The notes beneath the pieces were generated by a model. That model was not told where the DNA came from. It did no database searches and was given only the letters and a program-made list of their open reading frames with translations. DNA of 64,000 nt from Spirochaetia bacterium (lineage in GTDB: Bacteria > Spirochaetota > Spirochaetia > SZUA-6 > Bin103). Both the position numbers and the translations under genes were made by a program. Shown here piece by piece: positions 48,240 through 57,956 of this stretch (positions within the stretch are counted from its first letter, which is position 1; each line of letters starts with the position of its first letter). The DNA lies in assembly GCA_965203515.1 (NCBI GenBank), contig OZ241907.1:1152001-1216000 (forward strand). Direction: 5' to 3'.

Positions 48240-49106
48240 TTGGTAGACCTGCACACCCATTCGAGCTGCTCCGACGGCAGCGACCGGCCTGAGGACCTGA
48301 TCGACGCCGCCCACCGCGCCGGCGTCACCACGGTGGCGCTGACCGACCACGACACCGTGTCCGGGGTCGATGCGGCGGCCCGCGCCGCCGCCGAGCGCGG
48401 CATGCGCTTCGTCGCCGGCGTGGAGCTGTCGTTGCAGCACGGGAACCGCCACGTCCATCTGCTCGGCCTGGGCTTCACCCGCCACGACGAGCGTTCCCGG
48501 CTGGGGCGGTTCCTGGACCGGAACCAGGAGCGCCGCGTAGAGCGCAACCTGGCGATGGTCGAGCGGATGCGGCAGCATGGGCTGGCGATCGACTACGCCG
48601 AGGTGCAGGCGGAGGCGTGCGGCGCGAGCGTCGGCCGGCCGCACATGGCCAGCGTGCTGGTCAGGCGAGGCGTCGCCGCGGACACCGCCGACGCCTTCCG
48701 CCGCCTGCTCGGATCGGGTGGCCCGTTCCACGTGCCGCGGCGCGCCGTGCAGCTCGTCGACGCGATCGACGCGCTGCGGGCCGCCGGCGGCCACGGCGTG
48801 CTGGCCCATCCGGCGGGCGGAACCGCCGACGAGCTGGCGGCGCTCCTGCGCGCCGTGGCCGCGGCCGGGGTGACCGGCGTCGAGGCGTACCACCCTTCCC
48901 TGTCCCGGGAGCGTTCGGCGGCGGTCCGGGCGCTCGCCGACCGACTCGACCTGTTCGTCACCGGCGGCTCCGACTACCACGGCGCACGCTCGCCGGGCCG
49001 CGCGCTCGGCTTCTGGCGACCCGGCGAGCCGATCCCGCCGGAGGTCGCCGCCGGACTTCCCGGCGGACCGCCCTCGGCGGAGGAGGCGCGGCCACGGCGG
49101 GGCTGA
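48240..49106 (+). CDS. PHP domain protein (TrpH/YciV-like)
   Basis: DLHTHSSCSDG, LTDHDT, GRPH, LAHP, GGSDYHG. Confidence 0.93.
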   Translation: MVDLHTHSSCSDGSDRPEDLIDAAHRAGVTTVALTDHDTVSGVDAAARAAAERGMRFVAGVELSLQHGNRHVHLLGLGFTRHDERSRLGRFLDRNQERRVERNLAMVERMRQHGLAIDYAEVQAEACGASVGRPHMASVLVRRGVAADTADAFRRLLGSGGPFHVPRRAVQLVDAIDALRAAGGHGVLAHPAGGTADELAALLRAVAAAGVTGVEAYHPSLSRERSAAVRALADRLDLFVTGGSDYHGARSPGRALGFWRPGEPIPPEVAAGLPGGPPSAEEARPRRG

Positions 49107-49588
49107 GGCGCGCGGCGCGGGCGGCGCTCGCCGCCTACGGAGCGGTCGCCCGCCGAGTCGGCATCGGTCTGCTCCTGACCGCCGCGGTGGTGGCCGTGAG
49201 CGCGGCGATCGTCACGCCGCTCTGGCTGGTGGCCACGCGCATGCGCTCGCTCTACAACATCCTGCTGATCGCCGCCTTCGCGATCGGCGTGGGCTGGATG
49301 CTGGTGAGGCGGGTCCGCCGCCAGGCGGAAGAGACCGACCTCCGCACGGCGCTCGCCGGGGCCGGCGTGGCGGCGGCGCGCCTGATCGGCTGGGTGGCTA
49401 CGCTGGCGGCAGCCCCGTTGTTCGTGCTGGCGCTGTTCACCACCGGGGCGGTTCTGCCGGCGATCGTCCTCATCGTCGCCGACCTGGGAGTGATCGGCGT
49501 TCTGCTCAGCGCCGGCCGGCGCCGGCCGGGCGACCGACGCCGATCGGCGGGCGCCGACGACCGGCCTCCCGGCCGGCCGGTGGGTTGA
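49103..49588 (+). CDS. Hypothetical membrane protein (4 TM), start uncertain (CTG)
   Basis: Hydrophobic helices incl. IVTPLWLVAT; no ATG/GTG/TTG between the PHP stop and the first helix. Confidence 0.55.
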   Translation: MRRAARAALAAYGAVARRVGIGLLLTAAVVAVSAAIVTPLWLVATRMRSLYNILLIAAFAIGVGWMLVRRVRRQAEETDLRTALAGAGVAAARLIGWVATLAAAPLFVLALFTTGAVLPAIVLIVADLGVIGVLLSAGRRRPGDRRRSAGADDRPPGRPVG

Positions 49589-49612
49589 CCTGTCGCCGCG
49601 AGCGGTTATGCT
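49585..49612 (+). promoter_or_regulatory. Candidate sigma70 promoter
   Basis: TTGACC-N16-TATGCT. Confidence 0.55.
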
Positions 49613-49618
49613 GTTTTG

Positions 49619-49773
49619 AATCTTTGGCGATACCTGCGCGGTGCCGCTAAGGTACCGCAAGCAGGTGTCGATAAGGAGAGTGTCGGTTATCTATAGTTCC
49701 CCTCCCAGTTTACTATATCTTAACCGGCATTCCCGCAAGGGTTGGTCGGCCCCATGAGGGGCCGGCCATTTTT
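49619..49773 (+). ncRNA. Candidate structured ncRNA or attenuator leader (family unassigned)
   Basis: Two long hairpins plus a terminator hairpin, with five G-U pairs all on the + strand; UCCCCUCCC loop. Confidence 0.55.
49744..49773 (+). terminator. Intrinsic-terminator-like hairpin containing the PBP1A ATG in its loop
   Basis: GGTCGGCCCC-ATGA-GGGGCCGGCC-ATTTTT. Confidence 0.5.
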
Positions 49774-52204
49774 CGTCTCCGCGGCCCTGCTGCTCCTGAC
49801 GGCGGGCGTCGGCGTCGCGCTCGGGTTGGCCTTCGCAGGCACGCGGAATATCCGCGGCCTCGACATCTACGAGACCGGCCGCCCCGCCCTCCCGACGCAG
49901 CTCCTGGACCGCCGCGGCCGGCTCATCACGCAGTTCTTCTCCGTGGAGAAGCGCGAGATCATCCGCTTCGAGGAACTGCCCCCGCACCTGATCGACGCGC
50001 TGCTCACGCGCGAGGACCGGCACTTCTACCGGCATCCCGGGTTCCGCATTCCGGACATCCTGCGAGCGGCCTGGACCACCCTGCGCGGCAGCTTCGGCGG
50101 CGGCGCCAGCACCATCACCCAGCAGCTCGCCGGCACCCTGTTCGCGGACCGGTCGGAGATCACCCTGCGGCGCAAGCTCCGCGAGCTCTGGTACGCGATT
50201 CAATTGGAGCGCTGGCTCACCAAGGACGAGATCCTGGAGCGCTACCTGAACCTGGTCTACTTCGGCGAAGGGACCTACGGGATAGAGGCCGCCGCGCAGT
50301 TCTATACCGGCCGCTCGGCGCGCGACATCACGGTGGCGGAGGCGGCCATGCTGGTCGTCCAGCTCAACCGGCCGGGCGGCAACTCACCCTTCACCGACCC
50401 CAACCGCGCACGCGAGCTGCAGACCCTCATCCTGGGGCAGATGGCGGAGCTCGGGCACGTCAGCGCCGAGGAGGCGGCGCGTTCGCTGGCCGAGTACTGG
50501 GACGGCTTCGACTTCACGCGCTCCAACGCCAGCAGCGCCTTCTACGAACGCGTCGACCTGGCGCCCCACTTCAGCGAGTACGTCCGCCTGCAGCTCGAGG
50601 AGCTGCTGCTCGGTTCGCTGGACGTATACCGGGCCGGCCTGATCGTGCATACCACGCTCGACCTCGACCAGCAGGCGATCGCCGAGGCGGTGATGGAAGA
50701 GCACCTGGACCGGGTCAACGATCTCCGCAACGCCCAGCGCCGCACGCGCATCGCCGTCACCGAAGACGATTACCTGCCGCTGGTCGACCTGCTGTCGCTC
50801 GCCTTCGACATCGACCGGCTGCGCGTCGGCAACCACGCGGACCGGGTGGCCGGGCGCGCGCGATTCGACGACGAGCTGAGCCCCGCGCTCGACCTGCTGG
50901 CGCTGATCTGGGACGCCGGCGAACTCAAGGCGCTGACCCGGCGGGTCCGCGAGGAGCGGACGCTGCGGCAACGGCGCGTCGACGTGCAGGGCGCGCTGGT
51001 GTCGATCGCGCCGTCGAGCGGGCACGTCCTGTCGATGGTCGGGGGACGTGACCTGGAGCGGGGCAATCAGTTCAACCGCGCCGTGCAGTCGAAGGTGCAG
51101 CCCGGCTCGGCCTTCAAGCCGCTGTACTATTCGGCGGCGATCAGCTCGGGCGCACTCACCCCGGCGACCATGCTGGACGACGCGCCGGTCGTCTTCCGCA
51201 ACGACGACGGCAGCCCCTACGTCCCCCGGAACTACCTGGGCGAGTGGCAGGGGCCGGTGTTGGCCAGGAGCGCGCTGAAGCACTCCATGAACGTGCCGTC
51301 GCTGCGCGTGCTCGACATGATCGGCTTCGACGCCGCCATCGAGCGCGCCAGCCGGATGCTCGGGATCAGCGATCCGCGTGAGATCGAGGCGACGTTTCCG
51401 CGCAAGTATCCGCTTGGACTCGGCGTGATCACGGTGACGCCGCTGCAGATGGCACGCGCCTACGCCGCTTTCGCCAACCAGGGCCGCGCGGTGGAGCCGG
51501 TCGCGATCCGGTATGTCGAGGACCGCGACGGACGGGTCGTACTGGAGGTGGAAAAGGACCTGCGCGATCGACAGCGGGCGGCCGGTGATCGCCTGCGGAT
51601 CATGGACCCCGCCGCCGCCTACCTGATGGTCGATCTGCTGCGCAGTACCGTGACGTCGGGGACGCTGACGGGAGCGGCCTGGCGGGTCGGCGGCCTGGAC
51701 TTCCCGGTCGCCGGCAAGACCGGCACCACGCAGAACTGGTCGGACGCGTGGACGGTGGGCTTCACTCCGCACGTCGTGACCGCCGTATGGATGGGATTCG
51801 ACGAGCTCGGCGAATCGCTCGGCCGGAGCCTGTCGGGCGGCCGGGCCGCCGGCACGACGTGGGCGGACTACATGAAGCGCGTCCACGCCGGACTGCCGGT
51901 CGCGGAGTTCGAGCGGCCGGCCGCCGGGCTGATCGAGGTCGCGGTCAACGCGCGCTCCGGCCTCCTGCCGTCCGGCGAGCCGCGCGAGTCGATCATCCGC
52001 GAGCTGTTCCTCATCGGCACCGAGCCGCGGGCTCGTGACACGCTGGCCGGCGCGGAGGCGGCCCGTCGCGAGGCGGTGGCGAACCATCTGCGTCAGGCGG
52101 TGGCCACCATCGACGTCGATTCGTCGCCGTTCGAGCCCCTGGACGCGCCCGCCGCCGGGACGGGACAATCGGACCCGGCGGCGGGCAATCCGCTGCTCGA
52201 CTGA
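49754..52204 (+). CDS. Class A penicillin-binding protein 1A (transglycosylase/transpeptidase)
   Basis: EDRHFYRH, GASTITQQL, RKLRE, SAFK, SMN, KTG motifs; N-terminal TM. Confidence 0.95.
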   Translation: MRGRPFFVSAALLLLTAGVGVALGLAFAGTRNIRGLDIYETGRPALPTQLLDRRGRLITQFFSVEKREIIRFEELPPHLIDALLTREDRHFYRHPGFRIPDILRAAWTTLRGSFGGGASTITQQLAGTLFADRSEITLRRKLRELWYAIQLERWLTKDEILERYLNLVYFGEGTYGIEAAAQFYTGRSARDITVAEAAMLVVQLNRPGGNSPFTDPNRARELQTLILGQMAELGHVSAEEAARSLAEYWDGFDFTRSNASSAFYERVDLAPHFSEYVRLQLEELLLGSLDVYRAGLIVHTTLDLDQQAIAEAVMEEHLDRVNDLRNAQRRTRIAVTEDDYLPLVDLLSLAFDIDRLRVGNHADRVAGRARFDDELSPALDLLALIWDAGELKALTRRVREERTLRQRRVDVQGALVSIAPSSGHVLSMVGGRDLERGNQFNRAVQSKVQPGSAFKPLYYSAAISSGALTPATMLDDAPVVFRNDDGSPYVPRNYLGEWQGPVLARSALKHSMNVPSLRVLDMIGFDAAIERASRMLGISDPREIEATFPRKYPLGLGVITVTPLQMARAYAAFANQGRAVEPVAIRYVEDRDGRVVLEVEKDLRDRQRAAGDRLRIMDPAAAYLMVDLLRSTVTSGTLTGAAWRVGGLDFPVAGKTGTTQNWSDAWTVGFTPHVVTAVWMGFDELGESLGRSLSGGRAAGTTWADYMKRVHAGLPVAEFERPAAGLIEVAVNARSGLLPSGEPRESIIRELFLIGTEPRARDTLAGAEAARREAVANHLRQAVATIDVDSSPFEPLDAPAAGTGQSDPAAGNPLLD

Positions 52205-52611
52205 TGGCCCGCAACGAACGACGGTACACCCGCGATCACCATTGGGCGCAACGGCATCCATCCGGCGTGCGCGTGGGACTGACCGAGTTCGCGCAGGAAG
52301 AGCTCGGCGAGATCACCTTCGTGCAGCTCCCCGAGATCGGCGCCCGGATCGGACGCGGTGAACCGGTCTGCGCGATCGAAGCGCTGAAGGCGGCCACCGA
52401 GCTGTACGCGCCGGTCGGCGGCACCGTGACCGCGGTCAACGAACGGCTGCGCGAGCCGGGAGCCGGGCGGCTGATCAACGACGACGCGGAAGGCCGCGGC
52501 TGGCTCTTCGAGCTCTCCCCGGCCGACGACGCCGAGCTCGACGAACTGTTGGACGGCGCCGACTACCGCCGCCTGATCGCTTCCGCCGGCCGCGAGGAGG
52601 ACGACGGCTGA
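52204..52611 (+). CDS. gcvH: Glycine cleavage system H protein (lipoyl carrier)
   Basis: RYTRDHHW, GLTEFAQEELGEI, IEALKA lipoyl-Lys, GWLF. Confidence 0.9.
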   Translation: MARNERRYTRDHHWAQRHPSGVRVGLTEFAQEELGEITFVQLPEIGARIGRGEPVCAIEALKAATELYAPVGGTVTAVNERLREPGAGRLINDDAEGRGWLFELSPADDAELDELLDGADYRRLIASAGREEDDG

Positions 52612-53057
52612 TGCAGGTGGAAATCGATTCCATCGTCATTCGCAAGCGGATACGGTATGCGGTCGGCGATCTTTCGTCGCTGATGGAGAGCCTGCGCAGG
52701 CACGGGCAGCTCTGCCCGATCCTGATCAACCGCAGCTCGGTGCTGATCGCCGGCAACCGGCGGCTGGAGAGCGCTCGCCGACTGGGGTGGAAGCGCATCA
52801 ACGCGATCGTGATCGACAAGGAGTCCGAGCGCGAGACCCTGGAACTGGAGATGGAAGAGAACGTCCAGCGCAAGGCACTGCGGCCGGAGGAGCTGCGCGA
52901 GGCGATCGAACGGCTGCAGCGGCTGCAGCGGGTCAAGTGGTGGCGCCGAGCGCTGAAGGCGCTGTCGCGGCTGGCAGCCGCCGTCCTGGCGCGGCCCCTG
53001 GCGCGGCTCTACGCGCGTCTGTTCCGGCGCCGGACCGGCACCGCGAACGGCCAGTAG
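52611..53057 (+). CDS. ParB/Srx N-terminal domain protein
   Basis: LMESLRRHGQLCPI, LIAGNRRLES, EENVQRK; no HTH evident. Confidence 0.85.
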   Translation: MQVEIDSIVIRKRIRYAVGDLSSLMESLRRHGQLCPILINRSSVLIAGNRRLESARRLGWKRINAIVIDKESERETLELEMEENVQRKALRPEELREAIERLQRLQRVKWWRRALKALSRLAAAVLARPLARLYARLFRRRTGTANGQ

Positions 53058-53151
53058 TCCCACTCCTCTTTGGCAACCTGGTATACTTGGTAACGTGAGA
53101 TAACGAGCGCCGTTACCTGGGTAGCAGCGCGCCGAGGCGCCGCGGCGCGCG

Positions 53152-54912
53152 TCAACGGGCCGGTCGACCTACCGAGCCTTCCAGCGCCGCGCGGCTGATC
53201 TCGAACCAGAGCGGCCGGCCGTGCGGGCAGCGTTGCGGGTCGATGCGAAAGGAGCGTTCGAGCAGCCGCTGGCCCGACCGGTCGTCGATCACCTCCCCTT
53301 CCTTGATCGCCAGCCGGCACGCCAAGCCGCTGTACAGGTCGCGATCCCAGTCCTCCGGCGTCCCCGCGCACAGGCGGACGAAGCGGCACAGATGGCCGGC
53401 CGGCAGACGGGCCGCCGCGGCCGGTATCTCCGTGATCCGATAGCGCCCGCCGGTTTCGGCCTGCAGGCGAAACCCGCACCGCTCCAGGTCGGGCAGGAAT
53501 CCGCGCAACTCCGTTTCCTGTTCGGGCGACAGCTCGACCGACGGGCCGGCCATCAGCTTCTGCCGGTCGATCTTGCCGAGGCGCAGCCGTTCGTACAGCA
53601 CCCGCTCGTGAGCGGCATGCTGATCGACGAAGTAGATGCGATCGCCGACCTCGGCGACCAGGAAGAGTTGAAACGCCTGACCGAGGTACCGCACCGGGGC
53701 GTCCGGGTCCGGCGCGCGCCCGCGCCAGGCGCCGGCATCGACCCCGGCCGAGACGGGCGGCGGCGGACCGCCGGGCGGCGGCCGGTCGGCGATTCGCGCG
53801 CCGGCCGGCGGGCGCGGCGTCAGCGCCGGCAGCGCCGGGACCGCCGGCGCCGCGTCGGCCAGCATGGCGCCGGCAGGGGTGCCGGTCCGATCCGGCGGAC
53901 GGGAAGCCTGCTCGCCGCTCGCCGGTGACTGCCAGAACCGTACCTCGCGCTGCAGGGTCGCGCTGATCGCCCGATGCAGCTCGCCGGGGCGGCGCAACCG
54001 CGCTTCGCGCTTGGCCGGGTGCACGTTGAAGTCGACCAGCTCCGGGTCGATGTCGACGAACAGGAATGCCACGGGGTGCCGGCCGCCCGGCAGAAACTCG
54101 CCGTAGCCGTACTCGACCGCTTGGGAAAGGCCGAAGTCGTGGATGCGCCGGCGGTTGAGATAGACGTGGATCCCCGACCGGTCGCGCCGCGCCCGTTCGG
54201 GTCGCGCCGCCACCGCCGTCACCTGCAGGCCGTCGCCGCCGCCCTCAAGGCACGTGAAGTCGGCCGCGTCCAGTCCGGCGGCGGCCGCCGCCCGGTCGAC
54301 CGGCGACGCGGCCGGCAGCGTCAGCGCCCGCTTGCCATCGACCGCGAACTCGAAGCCGATGCCGGCGTGTGGCAGCGCCTTCTCGACCAGCGTGCGCCGG
54401 CACAACGCCGTCTCCGCGCCGCGGCTCTTGAGAAAGCGCCGCCGCGCCGGCAACTCGAAGAACAGCGACGACACCTCCACGGCGGTGCCGGGCACGCCGG
54501 CGCTCGGCCGCACCGCCTCGACCCGGCCGAAGCGGACCGCCACGCGGTGAGCGGCCGGCCCATCCGGCCGCCGCGAGGTGACCGACAGCACGCTGCAGGC
54601 GCCGATGCTGGCCAGCGCCTCACCGCGAAACCCCAGCGTGCGCACCCGCGTGAGGTCCTCGTGGCGGGCGATCTTCGACGTGGCGTGGCGCACGGTGCAC
54701 AACCGCAGGTCCTCCGCATCCATGCCGGAGCCGTCATCGACCACGCGGATGCGCTCCAGCCCCCCCTTGACGGCCTCTACCCGCACGTTCCGGGACCCGG
54801 CGTCGATGGCGTTGTCGAGCAGCTCGCGAACGATCGAGTACGGCCGATCGATCACCTCGCCGGCGGCGATCTGCCGGGCGGTCTCCTCGGTGAGGACGCG
54901 GATGCGGCCCAC
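53152..54912 (-). CDS. mutL: DNA mismatch repair endonuclease MutL
   Basis: IAAGEVI, HATSK, GFRGEAL, DFNVHPAK, DQHAAHER, CPHGRP. Confidence 0.97.
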   Translation of the reverse strand: MGRIRVLTEETARQIAAGEVIDRPYSIVRELLDNAIDAGSRNVRVEAVKGGLERIRVVDDGSGMDAEDLRLCTVRHATSKIARHEDLTRVRTLGFRGEALASIGACSVLSVTSRRPDGPAAHRVAVRFGRVEAVRPSAGVPGTAVEVSSLFFELPARRRFLKSRGAETALCRRTLVEKALPHAGIGFEFAVDGKRALTLPAASPVDRAAAAAGLDAADFTCLEGGGDGLQVTAVAARPERARRDRSGIHVYLNRRRIHDFGLSQAVEYGYGEFLPGGRHPVAFLFVDIDPELVDFNVHPAKREARLRRPGELHRAISATLQREVRFWQSPASGEQASRPPDRTGTPAGAMLADAAPAVPALPALTPRPPAGARIADRPPPGGPPPPVSAGVDAGAWRGRAPDPDAPVRYLGQAFQLFLVAEVGDRIYFVDQHAAHERVLYERLRLGKIDRQKLMAGPSVELSPEQETELRGFLPDLERCGFRLQAETGGRYRITEIPAAAARLPAGHLCRFVRLCAGTPEDWDRDLYSGLACRLAIKEGEVIDDRSGQRLLERSFRIDPQRCPHGRPLWFEISRAALEGSVGRPAR

Positions 54913-54958
54913 GGCTACGCTCCGGCGCTGCGGGAGGGCATGCGCTGCCGGAATCGAG

Positions 54959-56461
54959 TCAGAACGGCTTGATCCAGCTTTCCACGGACGGCGCGCCGAC
55001 CAGGCCGGCGGCCGCCGGGTCATAGTGGCCGCGATAGGAGACGGTGAGCACCGTACTCCCCGTCCGATAGCTGAGCGACGTGCCGAGCGACAGGTGTTCG
55101 GCATCGAACAGATCGCCCAGACCGTCCAGGTCACGTTTCCGATAGTCGAAGGCGACCGACATCCCCTCGATTCCGATGTCGCGGACGCCGATGCGGCCCT
55201 GCACCTGCAATCCGCTCGGGATCGCGTGCGGAACGCCCGCCAGCGCGCCGCGCTCGCCGGTGAGCGGTCCGGCCAGACCGAGGTCGAAGTCGATGCGCCG
55301 GTCCAGCAGCGACAGGCCGAACCGGGCAGCCCAGCCGAGGTGCACCAGCCCCTCGAGCGCGCCGGTCCCGTTCGCCGCCGACTCCGCCGCGCGCAACGCG
55401 CGGTACTTGTCGGCCCGCAGCAGATCGTAGTCCTGGTCGAAGTAGACCGGCAGGAAGCGGTCGTCGGTCAGACGGAGCTGGAATCCGTAGCGGATCGCTT
55501 CGATCGCATTGCCCCGGACACCCAGCGTCGTGCCGATCGACCGCGAGTCCGCTTCGGAGGTGCCCAGCAACACCACGTCGCCATGGGTGGCGGCGGTGAA
55601 CGACGGATAGGCGACGATCGGCACCACCACGTCGGCGCCGAGCGCCGACACGTTCACCTGATCGGTCGCATCCGGGCCGGTCGGGTCGTGCTGGAAGGGT
55701 GAGTAGTCGGCCGCGGCGGTGACCCCCACCTGCACGGCGGAGAGCAGCGGCAGTCCCAGCGGGTACAACGGGCGTCCCCACAGCCGGCCCGCTCTCAGGT
55801 AGGCGGCGGGCAGGTGGTCGATGACCCCTTCCAGCCCCAGCACCGGGAAGTTGAACACCGCCCCGTCCACGTCGAGGTCCACGCCGAAGAGCCGGCGCGC
55901 CGGCAGCAGGCGCGTATTGGAGTAGTCGCCGACCACGAACCCGGAACCGAGCGAGGCGTAGTCGTACGAACCGAGGCGGACCACGAACGGCTCCCCTTCC
56001 AGTCCGTAGTGCGCGTAGCGGATGATCGGCAGGTACAGGTCGAAGAACGAACGGCCCGGCACGGCCGGGTCGGGGCGCCAGTCCTCGTCCCGTATCTCCC
56101 ACGTGCGCCCGTCCGGACCGCCGTCGAACCGGAAGCGGAGCTTGACGGCCAGCCCCAGGCGGAACCGGCCGGCGGTCAGCTCCGGGGCCAGGGTCGCCGA
56201 CTGCCAGGTGACGCCGGCGGCGCCGTCACCCGGGACGTGTTCCACACCCAGGCCGATGGCCGCTCCCACGGCAAAGTCGCCGGGCTGGCCGCCGTCCTGC
56301 GCCGAGGACGCCGCGGCGGGGTCCTCGGACTCGCCGCCGTCCTGCGCAAGGGCCGCGGCGCAGCCGGCCGCCAGCGCCACGGCGGCGATCGCGGCCCGGC
56401 CCGGCAGGAGGCGGCCGGGCCGGGCGCGGCCGATACCGATCTGCGCAACGTAGGGGATCAT
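54959..56461 (-). CDS. Hypothetical exported protein, probable outer-membrane beta-barrel
   Basis: Signal peptide, amphipathic strands, terminal Phe. Confidence 0.6.
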   Translation of the reverse strand: MIPYVAQIGIGRARPGRLLPGRAAIAAVALAAGCAAALAQDGGESEDPAAASSAQDGGQPGDFAVGAAIGLGVEHVPGDGAAGVTWQSATLAPELTAGRFRLGLAVKLRFRFDGGPDGRTWEIRDEDWRPDPAVPGRSFFDLYLPIIRYAHYGLEGEPFVVRLGSYDYASLGSGFVVGDYSNTRLLPARRLFGVDLDVDGAVFNFPVLGLEGVIDHLPAAYLRAGRLWGRPLYPLGLPLLSAVQVGVTAAADYSPFQHDPTGPDATDQVNVSALGADVVVPIVAYPSFTAATHGDVVLLGTSEADSRSIGTTLGVRGNAIEAIRYGFQLRLTDDRFLPVYFDQDYDLLRADKYRALRAAESAANGTGALEGLVHLGWAARFGLSLLDRRIDFDLGLAGPLTGERGALAGVPHAIPSGLQVQGRIGVRDIGIEGMSVAFDYRKRDLDGLGDLFDAEHLSLGTSLSYRTGSTVLTVSYRGHYDPAAAGLVGAPSVESWIKPF

Positions 56462-56585
56462 GCGTGCATCGCCTGTCCGTGAGGGGGATGGGACGGAGTA
56501 TACCGCAGGCGCGGCGTCCGGTACGGACGACGGCGCCCGGCGCGCAGCCAGCGCGGCGCGCAGCCCCGCCGGCGCGCCCCGCCCG

Positions 56586-57875
56586 TCACCCGGCGCCGAT
56601 CACCGCCGGCGCGACCCGGCGGAGCGCGGCATCCAGCCCCGGTCGCCGCGAGCCGATCACGGCGATCGATCGGAGCGTCTCTCCGAAGCGGGTCACCACG
56701 TCCGGTCCGAACACCGTATGCGCCTGCGCGAAGGGGACCGGCTCCGAGCCGTCTTCCGGCTGCACCAGCAGGTCGGTGGCAAAGCTGTTGCGCTCCGGCA
56801 CGTCGATCAGCACCTCATGCTCGGCGACGGGCCGGCCCAACTCCGCGGCCGCCGCGTCGCGCAGCCGGCTCTCCGCCTGCATGCGGTCCTGCGGGCGCTC
56901 CAGACCGCGGTGGCCGTCGCGCCGCCGGTCGTAGCGGACCCGCAACGCCTGCCGGTGCAGGCGCCGGGCGTGCACGGCGCCGACCAGGGCGAACGCCGGG
57001 TGGCGCCCGGCGTCGAGCAGGCGCAGGAACCCGGAGTCGGTCAGGCCGTACAGTTCGGGCCGCCGGATCCGTCCGTCCCGCATGCCCAGCAGCACCGCGC
57101 GCTTGATCATCGCGGTGGCGATGCGCACGGTCCGGTGCCAGTAGACCGCCCGGTACATCAGGTAGCGGGCGAACAACAGGCTCTCCACCGCCAACGTTCC
57201 CTGCTCCGTGATCGCCACCCGCCCGCACGCTGAACGCCGCATCTCCCCGATCACGAAGTCGACGTCCTGGATCCCGTACGGCACCCCGCAGAAGAAGGCG
57301 TCCCGGCTCAGGTAGTCCAGACGGTCGGGATCGAGCACGCCGGCCAGCAGCGCCCGCAGGAACGGCAGGCTCGGCGCCGGGTGCGTGCGGTCGACGTCGA
57401 TGATCGCCGCCACCAGTTCGGGCGCTGCGCGCACGTGGTCGCGCAGCGTCCGCGCCACCTCCCCCTCCTGTACCAGCTCGGCGGTCAGCGTCTCGTGGCG
57501 GGCGACCGCCAGATCCTTGAGCGAGTGGGCGTTGGGGTAGTGACCCAGGTCGTGCAGCATGGTGGCCGCCAGAAACGCGCGCACCTCCTCCGCTTCGATG
57601 CGCCACTCCGGCGACCGCTCGGCGATCGCGGCGATCATGCGCCCGGCCAGGTGCATGACGCCGAGCGAGTGGTTCAGGCGAGTGTGCGTGGCGCCCGGAT
57701 AGACCAGGTAGACCGGTCCGAGCTGGCGGATGTCCCGCAGGCGCTGAAACGGCGCGGTCTGCGCCAGCCGGGACATGCCGGGGCTGAGCTCGATGTTCTG
57801 CCACACAGGGTCTCGGACCGGTCGGGTGAACTCGGCCAGCACGTCGCGCACGACGCGGGCGGCGTTCAGCGGCAC
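56586..57875 (-). CDS. HD-domain phosphohydrolase (dNTPase/YwfO-like)
   Basis: FQRLRDIRQLG, HTRLNHSLGV, LHDLGH, DRLDYL, VYWH. Confidence 0.92.
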   Translation of the reverse strand: MPLNAARVVRDVLAEFTRPVRDPVWQNIELSPGMSRLAQTAPFQRLRDIRQLGPVYLVYPGATHTRLNHSLGVMHLAGRMIAAIAERSPEWRIEAEEVRAFLAATMLHDLGHYPNAHSLKDLAVARHETLTAELVQEGEVARTLRDHVRAAPELVAAIIDVDRTHPAPSLPFLRALLAGVLDPDRLDYLSRDAFFCGVPYGIQDVDFVIGEMRRSACGRVAITEQGTLAVESLLFARYLMYRAVYWHRTVRIATAMIKRAVLLGMRDGRIRRPELYGLTDSGFLRLLDAGRHPAFALVGAVHARRLHRQALRVRYDRRRDGHRGLERPQDRMQAESRLRDAAAAELGRPVAEHEVLIDVPERNSFATDLLVQPEDGSEPVPFAQAHTVFGPDVVTRFGETLRSIAVIGSRRPGLDAALRRVAPAVIGAG

Positions 57876-57956
57876 GCGCCAAAGCTACCACGTGCGCCGG
57901 TCGCTCCGGCCATCGGAGGATTTGACCCGCGGCGCGAAAACCGGCTAGCGTGCGGC

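Noticed and set aside
49619..49745. 5S rRNA, 6S, SRP RNA or T-box as the identity of the structured element
   Set aside because: Size and junction are 5S-like but CCGAAC and loop E motifs are absent; no SRP GGAA/AGCAG loop; no UGGNACC bulge; not a single rod with a central bubble
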